Shown here piece after piece: positions 43,579-53,405 of a stretch of DNA of 64,000 nt (position 1 is its first letter; the number at the start of each line of letters is the position of its first letter). Origin of the DNA: an uncultured delta proteobacterium (lineage in GTDB: Bacteria; Desulfobacterota; Desulfobacteria; Desulfobacterales; B30-G6); the NCBI GenBank assembly GCA_963823335.1, contig CAWGLD010000007.1:192001-256000 (forward strand). The letters run 5' to 3'. Below the pieces are notes generated by a model, which had not been told where the DNA came from, did no database searches, and saw nothing but the letters and a program-made list of their open reading frames with translations. The position numbers and the translations under genes are program-made.

Positions 43579-44171
43579 AGATGATACCATATATTGGGGG
43601 TCTTAAGATCAAGATAAACTGGAGACTTCTAACGTAAATCAATTACCTCGCACCGTGGATGTCTCCAACAAAAACAAGGTTATCAACCCCCTAAAAATTT
43701 ACCGGTGTGCGAAAATAATCACAATAGCCCAAATCTTGCATTGGTAGGATCTCCCATGGTACCGTGGGCATGACCAGATGGTATCTGACATTTTCACCCA
43801 TTTTCGGAAAACTGTGGTTATCTCCATATATCGGTAACGCAGCACCTTTGGGTTTTCTGAATATATTGGCCTTTTTAAACGTCCAAAAAACTCATTTCTT
43901 GACCAATCCCCACAGGTCATGTATGTATCTTATATTGCACCCAAATCTCACCTGATCTGAAGCAGCGTCTCCATAACTGGACCTGAACTGACCTGATTCT
44001 CAATCTGTCCGTACCTTTCTCTTCGTATCATCTTATCTTAACCGCAACCTAATGAACTGAAGGCGATCTCCATGCCCACTAAAGAAAATATCACACGAAC
44101 CATTTAAACCAAGATATTCGATAAACAGGGCACTATTCTACAGTTCAAGAAATGAAAAAGCGGAGGCAATT

Positions 44172-45284
44172 ATGAAAACCACAATTCTTCTAAGTCTAAT
44201 AGGCATAATTATATCGTTAGGTTGTGGCATGACGGCGGCTCAGGCCGAGATCAAGGTTGGTATCGCCGGGCCTTTGTCCGGCAGCTCACTCACTGCGGGC
44301 GAGCAGCAGGAAATCGGCGCTCAAAAGGCGTTCGAACATCTGAATAACAAAGGCGGCGTTCTTGGCAAAGAAATTGTTGTCATCTCAGTGGACGATGCGT
44401 GCGAGCCCCGACAAGCCAAGGCGGTGGCGCGGCAGCTGGTGAGCGAGGGCGTTGTTTTTGTTCTCGGGCACCTTTGTTCCGCCTGTTCCCTTGCCGCCAG
44501 CAAGATTTATGAAGAGGCCGGGGTCATCATGATCTCACCGGCTTCGACCAATCCCAAGGTCACCGAGGAAGGGGGTCCCAATGTATTTCGGGCGATAGGC
44601 CGCGACGATCAGCAAGGCACCATCGCCGGCGACTACCTGGCCGACCATCACGGTAACAGCAAGATTGCCATCATCCACGACGGTCAAGCCTATGGCTTGG
44701 GCCTGGCAGAGTTTACAAAACAGCAGCTGAACAAACGCGGCGTTACCGAGGTTATGTTCGATAGTTACACCGCGGATCAAAAGGATTACAAGTTGATAAT
44801 AAACAAACTCGTCAACAATAAAATAGAGGTTCTCTATGCCGGCGGTTATCTATTGGATATTGGAATTATTATTCGTCAGGCCAAAAAAGAGCTGCCCAAT
44901 CTTCGCTTGTTTTCTGGCGACTCTCTGGTGGATGTCCAGTTCCTGTACGTTGCGGGCGAAGCAGGCGAAGGTACCTATTTTACCTTTGGCCCGGATATGC
45001 GTTTAATGCCGGAGGCCCAAGACGTCGCTGCCGCTATTCGCGAAGAGGATGCTTACGAGCCAGACGGTTATACCTTGTATAGCTACGGCGCTGTTCAAGC
45101 CTGGGCGCAGGCCGTTGAACAAGCGGGTTCCTTGACACCGAAGGCTGTCATCAATGCCTTGAGAACCGGTAGTTTTGACACCGTGCTCGGTAAGATTGGC
45201 TTTGATGAAAAGGGCGATATTACCGGTATGAGCACCTTTGTCTGGTATGTCTTCGACAAGGAAAACTACTCGCCAGTAAAATGA
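44172..45284 (+). CDS. Branched-chain amino acid ABC substrate-binding protein (LivK/LivJ-like)
   Basis: DDACEP, GHLCS, ISPASTNP, GRDDQQG. Confidence 0.92.
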   Translation: MKTTILLSLIGIIISLGCGMTAAQAEIKVGIAGPLSGSSLTAGEQQEIGAQKAFEHLNNKGGVLGKEIVVISVDDACEPRQAKAVARQLVSEGVVFVLGHLCSACSLAASKIYEEAGVIMISPASTNPKVTEEGGPNVFRAIGRDDQQGTIAGDYLADHHGNSKIAIIHDGQAYGLGLAEFTKQQLNKRGVTEVMFDSYTADQKDYKLIINKLVNNKIEVLYAGGYLLDIGIIIRQAKKELPNLRLFSGDSLVDVQFLYVAGEAGEGTYFTFGPDMRLMPEAQDVAAAIREEDAYEPDGYTLYSYGAVQAWAQAVEQAGSLTPKAVINALRTGSFDTVLGKIGFDEKGDITGMSTFVWYVFDKENYSPVK

Positions 45285-45362
45285 TCGGATTGACGAAATT
45301 CTCACCCGGTTTCATACAGGCCCGTAGCTCTTCAAGATGCAGACCAAGAAAATTGACGATAA

Positions 45363-47741
45363 ATGAATAGGTCAAACAAAGATACAAGAATGGGTGTTCG
45401 TGGGCGATTGATGCTTGCGTTTCTGGGCATATCCATGTTTTCACTTATCGCGGCGGTCTCAGGTTTGTATTCCCTGTCGCAGGTTGGCGGCGCACTCAGC
45501 AAGATCACTGATCAGCGCGTTCCCGAAGCGCTGTCCTGGCTGGAGCTGTCAAAACGCGTGGAAAGTCTCGTGCGTGCGGCACCCGCCTTGTTGGTAGTAG
45601 ACAACGATAACGCACGGGTCGAAGTCTCGAACGATATCGTCTCGCAAATCGCACAGCTTGAGCCGTTTTTGCAGCGTAACAGAAGCTTTGAGATAATAGA
45701 GGAAAAAGAATCGATGGCCGCAGTCCTGAGACTGGTCGCCGCCATGACCGATAACCTCGAGCGTCTAAATGAGCTTGTGAAAAAAAGGCTTTCCATTGTC
45801 GCGATCCAAAATAAACGGATTCGCGACCTGTCAATAGCCAATAGTGTAGCCAAAAGAATGCTGGCGCCTGGTGAGCGCATACTCAATGCCCAGATGATGG
45901 ATTGGAGCAGACGCAAGGAAACCGCCGAAGCAAATCTATCGTCAAATGAAAAGTCGGATCTTGTAGATTCGATAATTGACTTGATCCCTCAACAACGGGC
46001 TGCACTACTGGTGGACTCCATTCACAATAGCCTCCTGAAAATCACAGATGCTGATAGCGCTGAACGTATCGATGTCTTGATATTTCCTCTGAAAAAATAT
46101 CTTGAAGAACTGTATGAGGTTTCTCTGGTCGTTTCAAAACGCGCAAAAAGACGTCTTGCAAAACAAATTGCGGTACTTGAGGGTCTGACTGTGGGCCCGA
46201 CAAGTCTTTCGCTGATCAGAGAAAATGAATTGGCCGTCATCGCCCAGGGCGAAGAGCTGTTGGCAGTCAACGTGCGACTGTCAAAGTTTTTGACCCACAG
46301 AGTAGAGTTTTTGGTAAAAAGCGCAAGTTCGGATATTGAGAAAGCGAACCTCCAGGCGGCAACGATACAGGCACTCAACCGCAATATTTTGATCGGCATC
46401 GCCGCTCTGAGCCTCGTGAGCTCCTTCCTCATCGTGTGGCTCTATGTCGGGCGTAATCTGATTGCCAGACTGACTGCACTAAGCGACAGCATGCTAGCGA
46501 TAGCTGGTGGCAACCTCAGGGCGCCTTTGCCGGAACCCGGCAGTGGTGACGAGATCGGCCGCATGGCAGAGTCCCTGGTCGTTTTTCGTGATACAGCAAT
46601 CGAAGTTGCAGAAAACAATTTGCGCGACATTGAAACGGCGCGTCGAAGACTGGTCGATGCCATCGAAAATTCATCCGAAGGATTCGCTTTCTTCGATCCT
46701 GATGACCGTCTGGTGCTTTGTAACACCCGGTATAGGGAATTGATTGACCCGAATACGGACATTGATATTGAACCGGGAACGGCGTTTGAGAATATCATTA
46801 GGAGTGCTGCCAAGAATGGACACATAGTTGATGCAGAGGACCGTATAGACGAGTGGGTTGCAGACCGTTTGGCGTTTCATCATGACCCAGGTGAACCACG
46901 GATTCAGCGACGTAAGGGTGGTCAGTGGCTTTTGATCACAGAACGCAAGACCGGGGATGGCGGAACGGTCGCCATTTACTCCGACATTACGGACCTGAAA
47001 CAGCACGAGGAGGAACTCACGGCAAAGTCGAACACGTTGGAAGAAACCAACAAGAGACTCAAAAAAGCCCAGGAACAAATCTCGAAATACCTCGATCCGA
47101 ATGTAACTGAAAAAATATTCAAGGGTGAATTTACAGCAGAGCTGTCTCACAAGCGAACAAAGTTGACGATGTTTTTTTCCGATATCAAGGATTTCACCCA
47201 ATTTACCGATGCGTCTGATCCTGAAGATGTGGCAAGGTTGCTCAATGAATACTTGGGGGAGATGGCTCAGATCGTCCGGACATGGGGTGGAACCATCCCG
47301 CAGTTTACCGGGGATAGCATTTATGCAATCTTTGGGGCACCTGATTCAAAGGGGAGCCGAAGAGATGCTTTGGCGTGTTTACGTATGGCGTTGGAGATGC
47401 AAATGAAGATGAAAACCCTTCGGGAGAAATGGTGGAACGAGGGTATCCAATTTCCTTTCGAAATCCGATGTGGTATTCATACGGGTATGGCCGATGTGGG
47501 CAATTATGGTTCCGAAGGATTTATGGAATATTCAGCCATCGGCCTGAACACAAATCTTGCTTCCCGCCTGGAACAAGCTTGTCAACCTGGTGAGATATAC
47601 CTATCACATACCTCGTGGGCTTTGGTTAAAGAAGAGATACCTTGCGAGGAAGTCGGCACTATTGAGGTTAAAGGGTTCCACTATCCCATTCAGACATACC
47701 GTGTTCTACAGAATGATGAGGAAATAGCTCTTGAAACTTGA
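45363..47741 (+). CDS. Membrane adenylate/guanylate cyclase with periplasmic sensor, HAMP and PAS domains
   Basis: Two TM segments, DEIGRMA HAMP, PAS region, FFSDIKDFT, FTGDSI, RCGIHTG, NLASRLE. Confidence 0.9.
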   Translation: MNRSNKDTRMGVRGRLMLAFLGISMFSLIAAVSGLYSLSQVGGALSKITDQRVPEALSWLELSKRVESLVRAAPALLVVDNDNARVEVSNDIVSQIAQLEPFLQRNRSFEIIEEKESMAAVLRLVAAMTDNLERLNELVKKRLSIVAIQNKRIRDLSIANSVAKRMLAPGERILNAQMMDWSRRKETAEANLSSNEKSDLVDSIIDLIPQQRAALLVDSIHNSLLKITDADSAERIDVLIFPLKKYLEELYEVSLVVSKRAKRRLAKQIAVLEGLTVGPTSLSLIRENELAVIAQGEELLAVNVRLSKFLTHRVEFLVKSASSDIEKANLQAATIQALNRNILIGIAALSLVSSFLIVWLYVGRNLIARLTALSDSMLAIAGGNLRAPLPEPGSGDEIGRMAESLVVFRDTAIEVAENNLRDIETARRRLVDAIENSSEGFAFFDPDDRLVLCNTRYRELIDPNTDIDIEPGTAFENIIRSAAKNGHIVDAEDRIDEWVADRLAFHHDPGEPRIQRRKGGQWLLITERKTGDGGTVAIYSDITDLKQHEEELTAKSNTLEETNKRLKKAQEQISKYLDPNVTEKIFKGEFTAELSHKRTKLTMFFSDIKDFTQFTDASDPEDVARLLNEYLGEMAQIVRTWGGTIPQFTGDSIYAIFGAPDSKGSRRDALACLRMALEMQMKMKTLREKWWNEGIQFPFEIRCGIHTGMADVGNYGSEGFMEYSAIGLNTNLASRLEQACQPGEIYLSHTSWALVKEEIPCEEVGTIEVKGFHYPIQTYRVLQNDEEIALET

Positions 47742-48027
47742 AACTGAATTTAATAAATAGCAGTGTATTACAGCCAAATTATGCAGATCAAAATAGTGCG
47801 ATCCAACTCATCAACGGTGCAGGGGCCTTCTGAAAAGTTGTGATATCCACTTTCTTCTGGAAAAGCGATAAAACCTACCTGCCTTGACAGGTTGACATAA
47901 AGTAGATCTTCCTTGGATCTAACATGCCAATTTACGCGTCATTTCAGCCAGGTGCGTTACTCGCGGCTATCTTACGGATTCAAAATTTTAAAAGAACTAT
48001 GACCGGGAATGAACCTACCCAACTATT

Positions 48028-48252
48028 TTATTCCGCATTTAGCGAAAATACTTGAGCAAGGTTTGGCTCCTCCATTATGGAATCCAAATCTATGTGGCTA
48101 TTAAATATCACCGCTAAATAGACTCGGATCCCATCAGCGCGGGCTTGATCATACTCGCTCTCATAAATTATCTTCATGAGAATACCCTCCATTGCAATGC
48201 CCGTTTCAGCTTCTATTCTCTGTGCTGCCAAATACATGCGTTTCGCCTGCAA
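48028..48252 (-). CDS. Small hypothetical protein downstream of the integrase
   Basis: ORF with an AGGAGG site upstream; start uncertain. Confidence 0.4.
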   Translation of the reverse strand: MQAKRMYLAAQRIEAETGIAMEGILMKIIYESEYDQARADGIRVYLAVIFNSHIDLDSIMEEPNLAQVFSLNAE

Positions 48253-48496
48253 GTCACTGATTTCAATAATTTCTTCTGATATTTCAAGTCCTCCTATTTA
48301 GTTTTTCCACCCCTCATAATCTCAAGAGCCAGATCCGGTCTAGGCGGCGGCAAACCAAAGCGTGGACCGCACATTATATTACTGACATTGACATTGCTTT
48401 CTGACACTCTCTTGCCATAGTAAATTCTTTAAACAGCTTTGCACAAGCTATCCGGTCCCGTAAGGGCACCTTATCTACCCCTATCCCAGAGAAGCC

Positions 48497-49624
48497 TTAT
48501 TTCTTTCCTGGACTCATGGTTTCATTAAAAATTTCACTAGCCACATCAGCTGCCCGTTTAAGTGCCTCATCTCTTAAGTGTGCATACCGCTGCGTCATTT
48601 TCGGATCTTTATGCGTGAGTAGTTTCTGCAGTGTATATATATCCACTTTACCGCTGGAAGCCATGAAGGAGGCATAAACATGCCTTAGGCCATGGAGCGG
48701 CCTGAATCCCTTCGGCAACCCTGCGGCGATTTTTATTTTATTTGTCGCCTTCCCAATATTTACCCTCTGGCGTCCCCCTCTCCCTGGGAATACATACTTG
48801 CTGGTTTTAGGATGTCCGTTTAAGAGCTTTCTGGTAGACTCGTTCATAGGGATAATCTGATCCGGCCCGCCTTTCGGATCCAAGATTTTAATAAATCCTC
48901 GCTCGAAATCAATATCTCTCCATTTTAATTTGAACATTTCACCGCGCCGCATACCGGTATAAAGAGCCATTTTCATCATAGGTCCGGCTTGGGCATGATT
49001 GTCATTCTCAATCGCTTGAAGGAGCTTCTTGAGTTGCTCCTGTGTCAGATCTTCAGTTTTCTGATTGTCGACAGATGGTATTTTGATACCAAATGAAAAA
49101 TTGCTACATAGTCCATGATCTGACCCGAATTTAACGATCCGCTTAAAGAGCTTTAAAACATGAGAAACGGTTTGGGGGGACCGTTTTTTCAAGAGCTTCA
49201 ATCGCAGACGGTCAACATCCAAAGGCAGAATCTCAGAGGGTTCTTTGTTACTAAATGATGGTTTTATGTGGAGATCATATTGACTGTTATATGTTTTCCA
49301 GCCCTTGAGGTGAGGATTCTGTTTTTTGTATTCTTGCCACAAGCGGTCGATGGTCCACTTACCCTCTTGGGCTTTCTTTTCTTTCTCCATCTTCTCTCTT
49401 TTTTCTTTTCTGGTAAGACGCTTCCCCTCTATAAGCTCTCCACGTATCCGAGCAGCCCTTGCCGGTGTCATGGCATCACGATATTGACATCCGACCTTAG
49501 TTTCGATAGTTTTGCCATCCAATTTATAGACCGCATAATATACGCGCTCTATTCCATGACGACCCTTACGAGTTTTTGTTCTAAAATAAATACCCGGATA
49601 CAGGGTCTTGATTCTTCCCTGCAT
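48497..49624 (-). CDS. Tyrosine recombinase / phage-type integrase
   Basis: YTGMRRGE (R), DPKGG (K), HGLRH, LLTH...TQRYAHL; probable N-terminal arm-binding region; adjacent to attR. Confidence 0.95.
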   Translation of the reverse strand: MQGRIKTLYPGIYFRTKTRKGRHGIERVYYAVYKLDGKTIETKVGCQYRDAMTPARAARIRGELIEGKRLTRKEKREKMEKEKKAQEGKWTIDRLWQEYKKQNPHLKGWKTYNSQYDLHIKPSFSNKEPSEILPLDVDRLRLKLLKKRSPQTVSHVLKLFKRIVKFGSDHGLCSNFSFGIKIPSVDNQKTEDLTQEQLKKLLQAIENDNHAQAGPMMKMALYTGMRRGEMFKLKWRDIDFERGFIKILDPKGGPDQIIPMNESTRKLLNGHPKTSKYVFPGRGGRQRVNIGKATNKIKIAAGLPKGFRPLHGLRHVYASFMASSGKVDIYTLQKLLTHKDPKMTQRYAHLRDEALKRAADVASEIFNETMSPGKK

Positions 49625-49867
49625 TGCACCTCCAATTTTTGTAGGTATGGACTTACGGCTGGAAAATTCAATAGGACAAATAAAAGCTAAAAACTAAATG
49701 AATAGAGGTTGAAACCATATTTTTCCAACCACTTTTCCAACCTAAAAGGACTATATCAGATTATAAAAAATTATGTCAATATTTTTTAATTTGATTATTA
49801 TCTCTTATTTATAGGTAGTTAAGTATTAGAAGTTATAAAAGAGTACAATAACAAAATGTATATATTT

Positions 49868-49917
49868 TCAGCCTCCGGAGCTGAAGGTCGCGCGCTCAAC
49901 TTGCGCCGGGCGTACCA
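49868..49917 (+). pseudogene. Displaced, decayed 3' half of tRNA-Arg (attR)
   Basis: TCAGCCTCCGGAGCTGAA-GGTCGCGCGCTCAACTTGCGC-CGGGCGTACCA; T-loop degenerate. Confidence 0.88.
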
Positions 49918-49944
49918 TAATAACAAAAAGGACTTATGATTATT

Positions 49945-50931
49945 TCATACGTCCTTTTTGTTAAATTGGGTAATAAAAATCCCTGTTACGATCAAAACCA
50001 AGGCAATAAGGATATTACCTGTTATCGGCTCTTTTAATATCAGTCCACCAAGCAGCACACCAACAATCGGCATGATAAATATAAAAGTATGTAGGGATAC
50101 GGCGCCATAACGCTGTAAAAGCATATTCCAGGCAACAAAGCCAAAGCTGCCGGTGATCAAGCCTTGATACAAGATAGCCGCAACAACTCCCCCACCCGGC
50201 GCATTCATCATGGGCTTGTCAAAAAAAAATGCACAGATATACAGAAATGGGACGGCGAACAATAGGGGAAAGAAAACCATCTGAAAGGGGCGATAATTTT
50301 GAATGATTTTTTTAGTATACACGCCGCTGCAAGCCCAGAGCAGAGTAGCGCAGAAAATGATGATGTCACCGGTTTTGAGCTCACCCGAAATATCACGTTT
50401 CTGCAAAAATACGAAAAGTATTCCCGAAAAACCCATCAGAATTCCTAACAGCTTACCAAGGGTAATCCGATCATCTCGCGTAAAGAAATGGCTCAACAGC
50501 AGCACCAGAAATGGAACCAGATTAACGATAAGGGCGCCCCGTGAAGCGAATGTTTTACTGAGGCCCACATAGAACAAGCTAATTTGGGCTACAAACAGAA
50601 CTGATATGATTAAAAGTTGATGGGCTTGACCCTTTCTGAAGCGAATGGGTTGGTGAGTGAAACGAGCCCACAGAAATATGGCCACGACGGCGATGCTGAA
50701 ACGTACGGCAGCCGCTGTAAACGTACCCAGACCCGTCAGTGTGAATTTTATGGCCACCGCATTGGCCCCAAAAAGGGTGCACAGAAAAATGGCCAACACC
50801 GACGCCTGTAACGAAAGGGGTCTGTGAGTCGATTCACTTTGGGCGACGATTCCGTATCGTTGAAACATTGAATTCTCTATTTGCCTGCTTAGACTAAAAT
50901 ACTGACACTTATCATCAACCAACAAGGCCAA
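49945..50931 (-). CDS. DMT/EamA family transporter (start may be downstream)
   Basis: About 10 TM segments in two repeats; FIMPIVGVLLGGLILKE. Confidence 0.9.
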   Translation of the reverse strand: MALLVDDKCQYFSLSRQIENSMFQRYGIVAQSESTHRPLSLQASVLAIFLCTLFGANAVAIKFTLTGLGTFTAAAVRFSIAVVAIFLWARFTHQPIRFRKGQAHQLLIISVLFVAQISLFYVGLSKTFASRGALIVNLVPFLVLLLSHFFTRDDRITLGKLLGILMGFSGILFVFLQKRDISGELKTGDIIIFCATLLWACSGVYTKKIIQNYRPFQMVFFPLLFAVPFLYICAFFFDKPMMNAPGGGVVAAILYQGLITGSFGFVAWNMLLQRYGAVSLHTFIFIMPIVGVLLGGLILKEPITGNILIALVLIVTGIFITQFNKKDV

Positions 50932-51180
50932 GATGTAGCTAAGGCCGAATACAAATCCGACCGATAGTATTATTACTGAGAAGAGTCAAAAGCAGACCCC
51001 ATTAAACTTTTTGGCGTTGGCTTTTGCATGCCCTCCTGTAAACGCCTTTATGTGCACAGGCACTTAAATTTGCAGTTTATAGTTCAAGCAAGTAAAAGGT
51101 TGTTATACGAATCTTGCATGAAATTTGATGAGAAAAAACGACCATCATGCACTTTTCCCATTTTGTGTGATAGATTGTAA

Positions 51181-51861
51181 TCAGGGTGCAAGCAACACCC
51201 GCTGCCATGTGCCATTATTCAAAACATAGAGCTCCCTGAGGTGAATCCAGTCGAAGCGTCCCTCCCAGAATTCCATTTTATCGGGAATCAGGCAATACCC
51301 ACCCCAGGAGCCAGGACAGGGTATGGGTTTTCCCTTGTACCGACGTTTGATCTGATTAACTTTTTCTATCAGATCTTCCCTTCCCTCAATGACACTGCTC
51401 TGGGGAACCGCAGCCGAGGCAGCCTGGTTTTCCCGTCTGCGGGCTCTCCAGTCAGCTTCTGCCTCTTTACGGGAGAGCTTTAAAACCCTGCCATCAATGC
51501 GAATCTGGCGCGGGGGAAAATGCCAGTAAAAAACCAGTACCGCCGACGGGTTAGCACCCAGCTCCTTACTCTTATTGCTTTCATTGTCCGTATAAAAGGA
51601 AAACCCGCCGTGAACAAGCCCTTTGAATAGAACTGACCTGGCAGCAGGTCTGTCTTCAGGCGTTGTGGTTGCCAGAGTAGCAATGTCAGGCCGGAGTAGG
51701 TTAGACCAGGGAAGGATCGCTTCGAACAGACGCCTGATAACCTGGGTTCCCCGGGAGATTACCCGGTTTTTCGGAAACAATCCTCCCTTACCCGTCCGGG
51801 CCTCCTCATGCCATTTGTGGAATAGGTTTATAGGATCCGCTACGGAATCATTACTTTCCAC
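51181..51861 (-). CDS. pdxH: Pyridoxamine 5'-phosphate oxidase
   Basis: LATT, RSVLFK, QIRIDG, WGGYCLIP, EFWEGR. Confidence 0.9.
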   Translation of the reverse strand: MESNDSVADPINLFHKWHEEARTGKGGLFPKNRVISRGTQVIRRLFEAILPWSNLLRPDIATLATTTPEDRPAARSVLFKGLVHGGFSFYTDNESNKSKELGANPSAVLVFYWHFPPRQIRIDGRVLKLSRKEAEADWRARRRENQAASAAVPQSSVIEGREDLIEKVNQIKRRYKGKPIPCPGSWGGYCLIPDKMEFWEGRFDWIHLRELYVLNNGTWQRVLLAP

Positions 51862-52316
51862 AGTGACCTCGGTAAAACTTGTTGGTGACCTTATCTTACG
51901 CTTCTGCCCGATTTTCTCGAGAAATTATTTTCAACTGTGTAATACACTTGAAGCAATTATGCGTTGCACAGTCAATGAATTTATTATCATCAAGATTTTA
52001 TTCAACAACTTTTAACTCCGTAATTTCTTTCGTCTGCTCTGTAAACTTAATGTTAAGATGATGTGGATCCATGCTTTGTGCTGGATTGTTTCCGGGATGA
52101 AAACCCTATCCGATTGTCTTTGCAATGGAATATTATTCGCTTATATCAGGTTCGGGTGAAGCGGTTATATCCACTTTTCACTGCAGACTTGCACGAGCGA
52201 TGGTGAACATCTATCTGCTTTCGTTGAAATTGGGGTTTGATGCAGCTAAATCCACTTAAAAGTTCTGCACAACCGTCCCCATCGATGACTTCGCCCCCCT
52301 GTGGTCCTGTAGATCG

Positions 52317-53405
52317 TTAACCCAGGTGACGACCAAGCGCATCTGCCATCCGGATGGCCTCTATGATCCCTTCGGGTGTCAAATCGAATCTCACATTGTG
52401 CAAATAGCTTTGTTTGTTTTCAAAAACCGGATGAATGGCTGCATCCAATTCCCTGTCTGTAACTTCCTCCAGGCCGATTTGCGCCAATGTGGTCGGCAGT
52501 CCGACAGATCTGCAGAATGCGTATACTTCATCTATCAAAGTCTGTGGCCTTGCTTCAAGGAATAGCCCGGCCAGGGTACCGAATGCCACCTTTTCGCCGT
52601 GATAATATGCGTGCGTATCTTCCAGATTGCAGAGGCAGTCATGAATACCATGTGCAGTTGAGAGACCGCCTGATTCGAAACCAAGACCGCTGAGAAGGGT
52701 ATTGGCTTCTACAATGCACTCAAGCGCTGGATTTACCAAATTGTTTTCACACGCGATCTTGGCTGTGCTGCCGTATGTTAAAAGGGTCTTGTAGCATGCT
52801 TCGGCAAGGGACATGATTGCCCTAAGATTGAATCCACCACATACGTTTCGGAAATAAGATCGATCACAGGTCTCCGCTTCAAACCATGTTGCAAGAGCGT
52901 CGCCCATTCCGGAAACAAGAAACCTTGCCGGTGCTTCAGCAATGATCCTCGTATCCACCAGAACATAATCGGGGTTGCTTGTGGTGAAATAGTCGACAAT
53001 CGAACCTTCCTTACTGTAAACGACACAAGCACTTGCGGTGGGTGCGTCTGTAGCGGCGATGGTAGGCGCTGCGATATATTTGACACCCAATTGATTGGCA
53101 ACCACCCTGGCCGTGTCAATGGTTTTCCCACCCCCCATGCCGATGATGAAATCATAAACACCACCTTTTGCTATCTCGAGCACCCTGTTGATCTCATCCC
53201 AGGTGCACGCACCACTGAATTTCTCATATTTGATTTCGCATATACTTTTCCAGGTTGAAAGGTTTTCCGGAATAATTCTCTTAACGGCTGTATTTGTAGC
53301 GAGAATAAAAACTCTTTTCTTTTTAAGTTCTTCAATTTCCCCAAGATTTCGGAGAATATCCTTCCCCTGTATATAACACCCTGGGAAAAAGGCTTTTCGT
53401 ATCAT
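52317..53405 (-). CDS. gldA: Glycerol dehydrogenase
   Basis: GGGKTIDT, PTIAATDAP, GMGDALATWFEA, AHGIH, HGEKVAFG. Confidence 0.92.
   Translation of the reverse strand: MIRKAFFPGCYIQGKDILRNLGEIEELKKKRVFILATNTAVKRIIPENLSTWKSICEIKYEKFSGACTWDEINRVLEIAKGGVYDFIIGMGGGKTIDTARVVANQLGVKYIAAPTIAATDAPTASACVVYSKEGSIVDYFTTSNPDYVLVDTRIIAEAPARFLVSGMGDALATWFEAETCDRSYFRNVCGGFNLRAIMSLAEACYKTLLTYGSTAKIACENNLVNPALECIVEANTLLSGLGFESGGLSTAHGIHDCLCNLEDTHAYYHGEKVAFGTLAGLFLEARPQTLIDEVYAFCRSVGLPTTLAQIGLEEVTDRELDAAIHPVFENKQSYLHNVRFDLTPEGIIEAIRMADALGRHLG

Larger units (their letters stand above)
7782..43832 (+). repeat. Array of 19 co-oriented ~171-bp cassette-boundary repeats
   Basis: Approximate consensus TCTCCAACAAAACGGTAGATATCAGACCCCTAAAATATTACCGGTGTGCGAAAATAATCACAACAGACCAAATCTTGCATTCATAG..CCGTGGTACCGTGG..ATGACCAGATGGTATCGGTAATAATTT..TTGATAACTGGACTT.TCTCCATGTATC. 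Copies: R1 7782-7953, R2 9507-9677, R3 10166-10338, R4 16119-16289, R5 17240-17410, R6 18091-18260, R7 19762-19932, R8 21414-21585, R9 22516-22686, R10 23390-23560, R11 28189-28359, R12 30349-30515, R13 32343-32497, R14 33035-33198, R15 34824-34994, R16 35925-36095, R17 37003-37173, R18 38994-39157 (+40938-40947, split by IS), R19 43662-43832. Confidence 0.95.
6872..49885. mobile_element. ~43 kb tRNA-Arg-integrated genomic island (attL 6872-6889, attR 49868-49885)
   Basis: 18-bp direct repeat TCAGCCTCCGGAGCTGAA at both ends; tyrosine integrase next to attR; visibly more AT-rich than the left flank. Confidence 0.9.

Noticed and set aside
7782-43832. CRISPR array
   Set aside because: Repeats are ~171 bp, intervening segments are gene-sized and variable, and there are no cas genes.
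18071-43955. Short ORFs overlapping repeats (e.g. 18127-18345, 21416-21616, 22506-22757, 22553-22810, 35915-36207, 43699-43920) as a protein family
   Set aside because: Similar peptides appear in several frames on both strands with stops and indels between copies, as expected from translating a non-coding repeat.
7782-49624. Classical integron/attC array
   Set aside because: GTTRRRY appears in only about 3 copies, the mapped duplication boundary is not at GTT, and the integrase looks like a tRNA-targeting phage type rather than IntI. A formal IntegronFinder run is still needed.
6872-49885. Prophage or ICE
   Set aside because: No structural, terminase, relaxase or T4SS genes seen.
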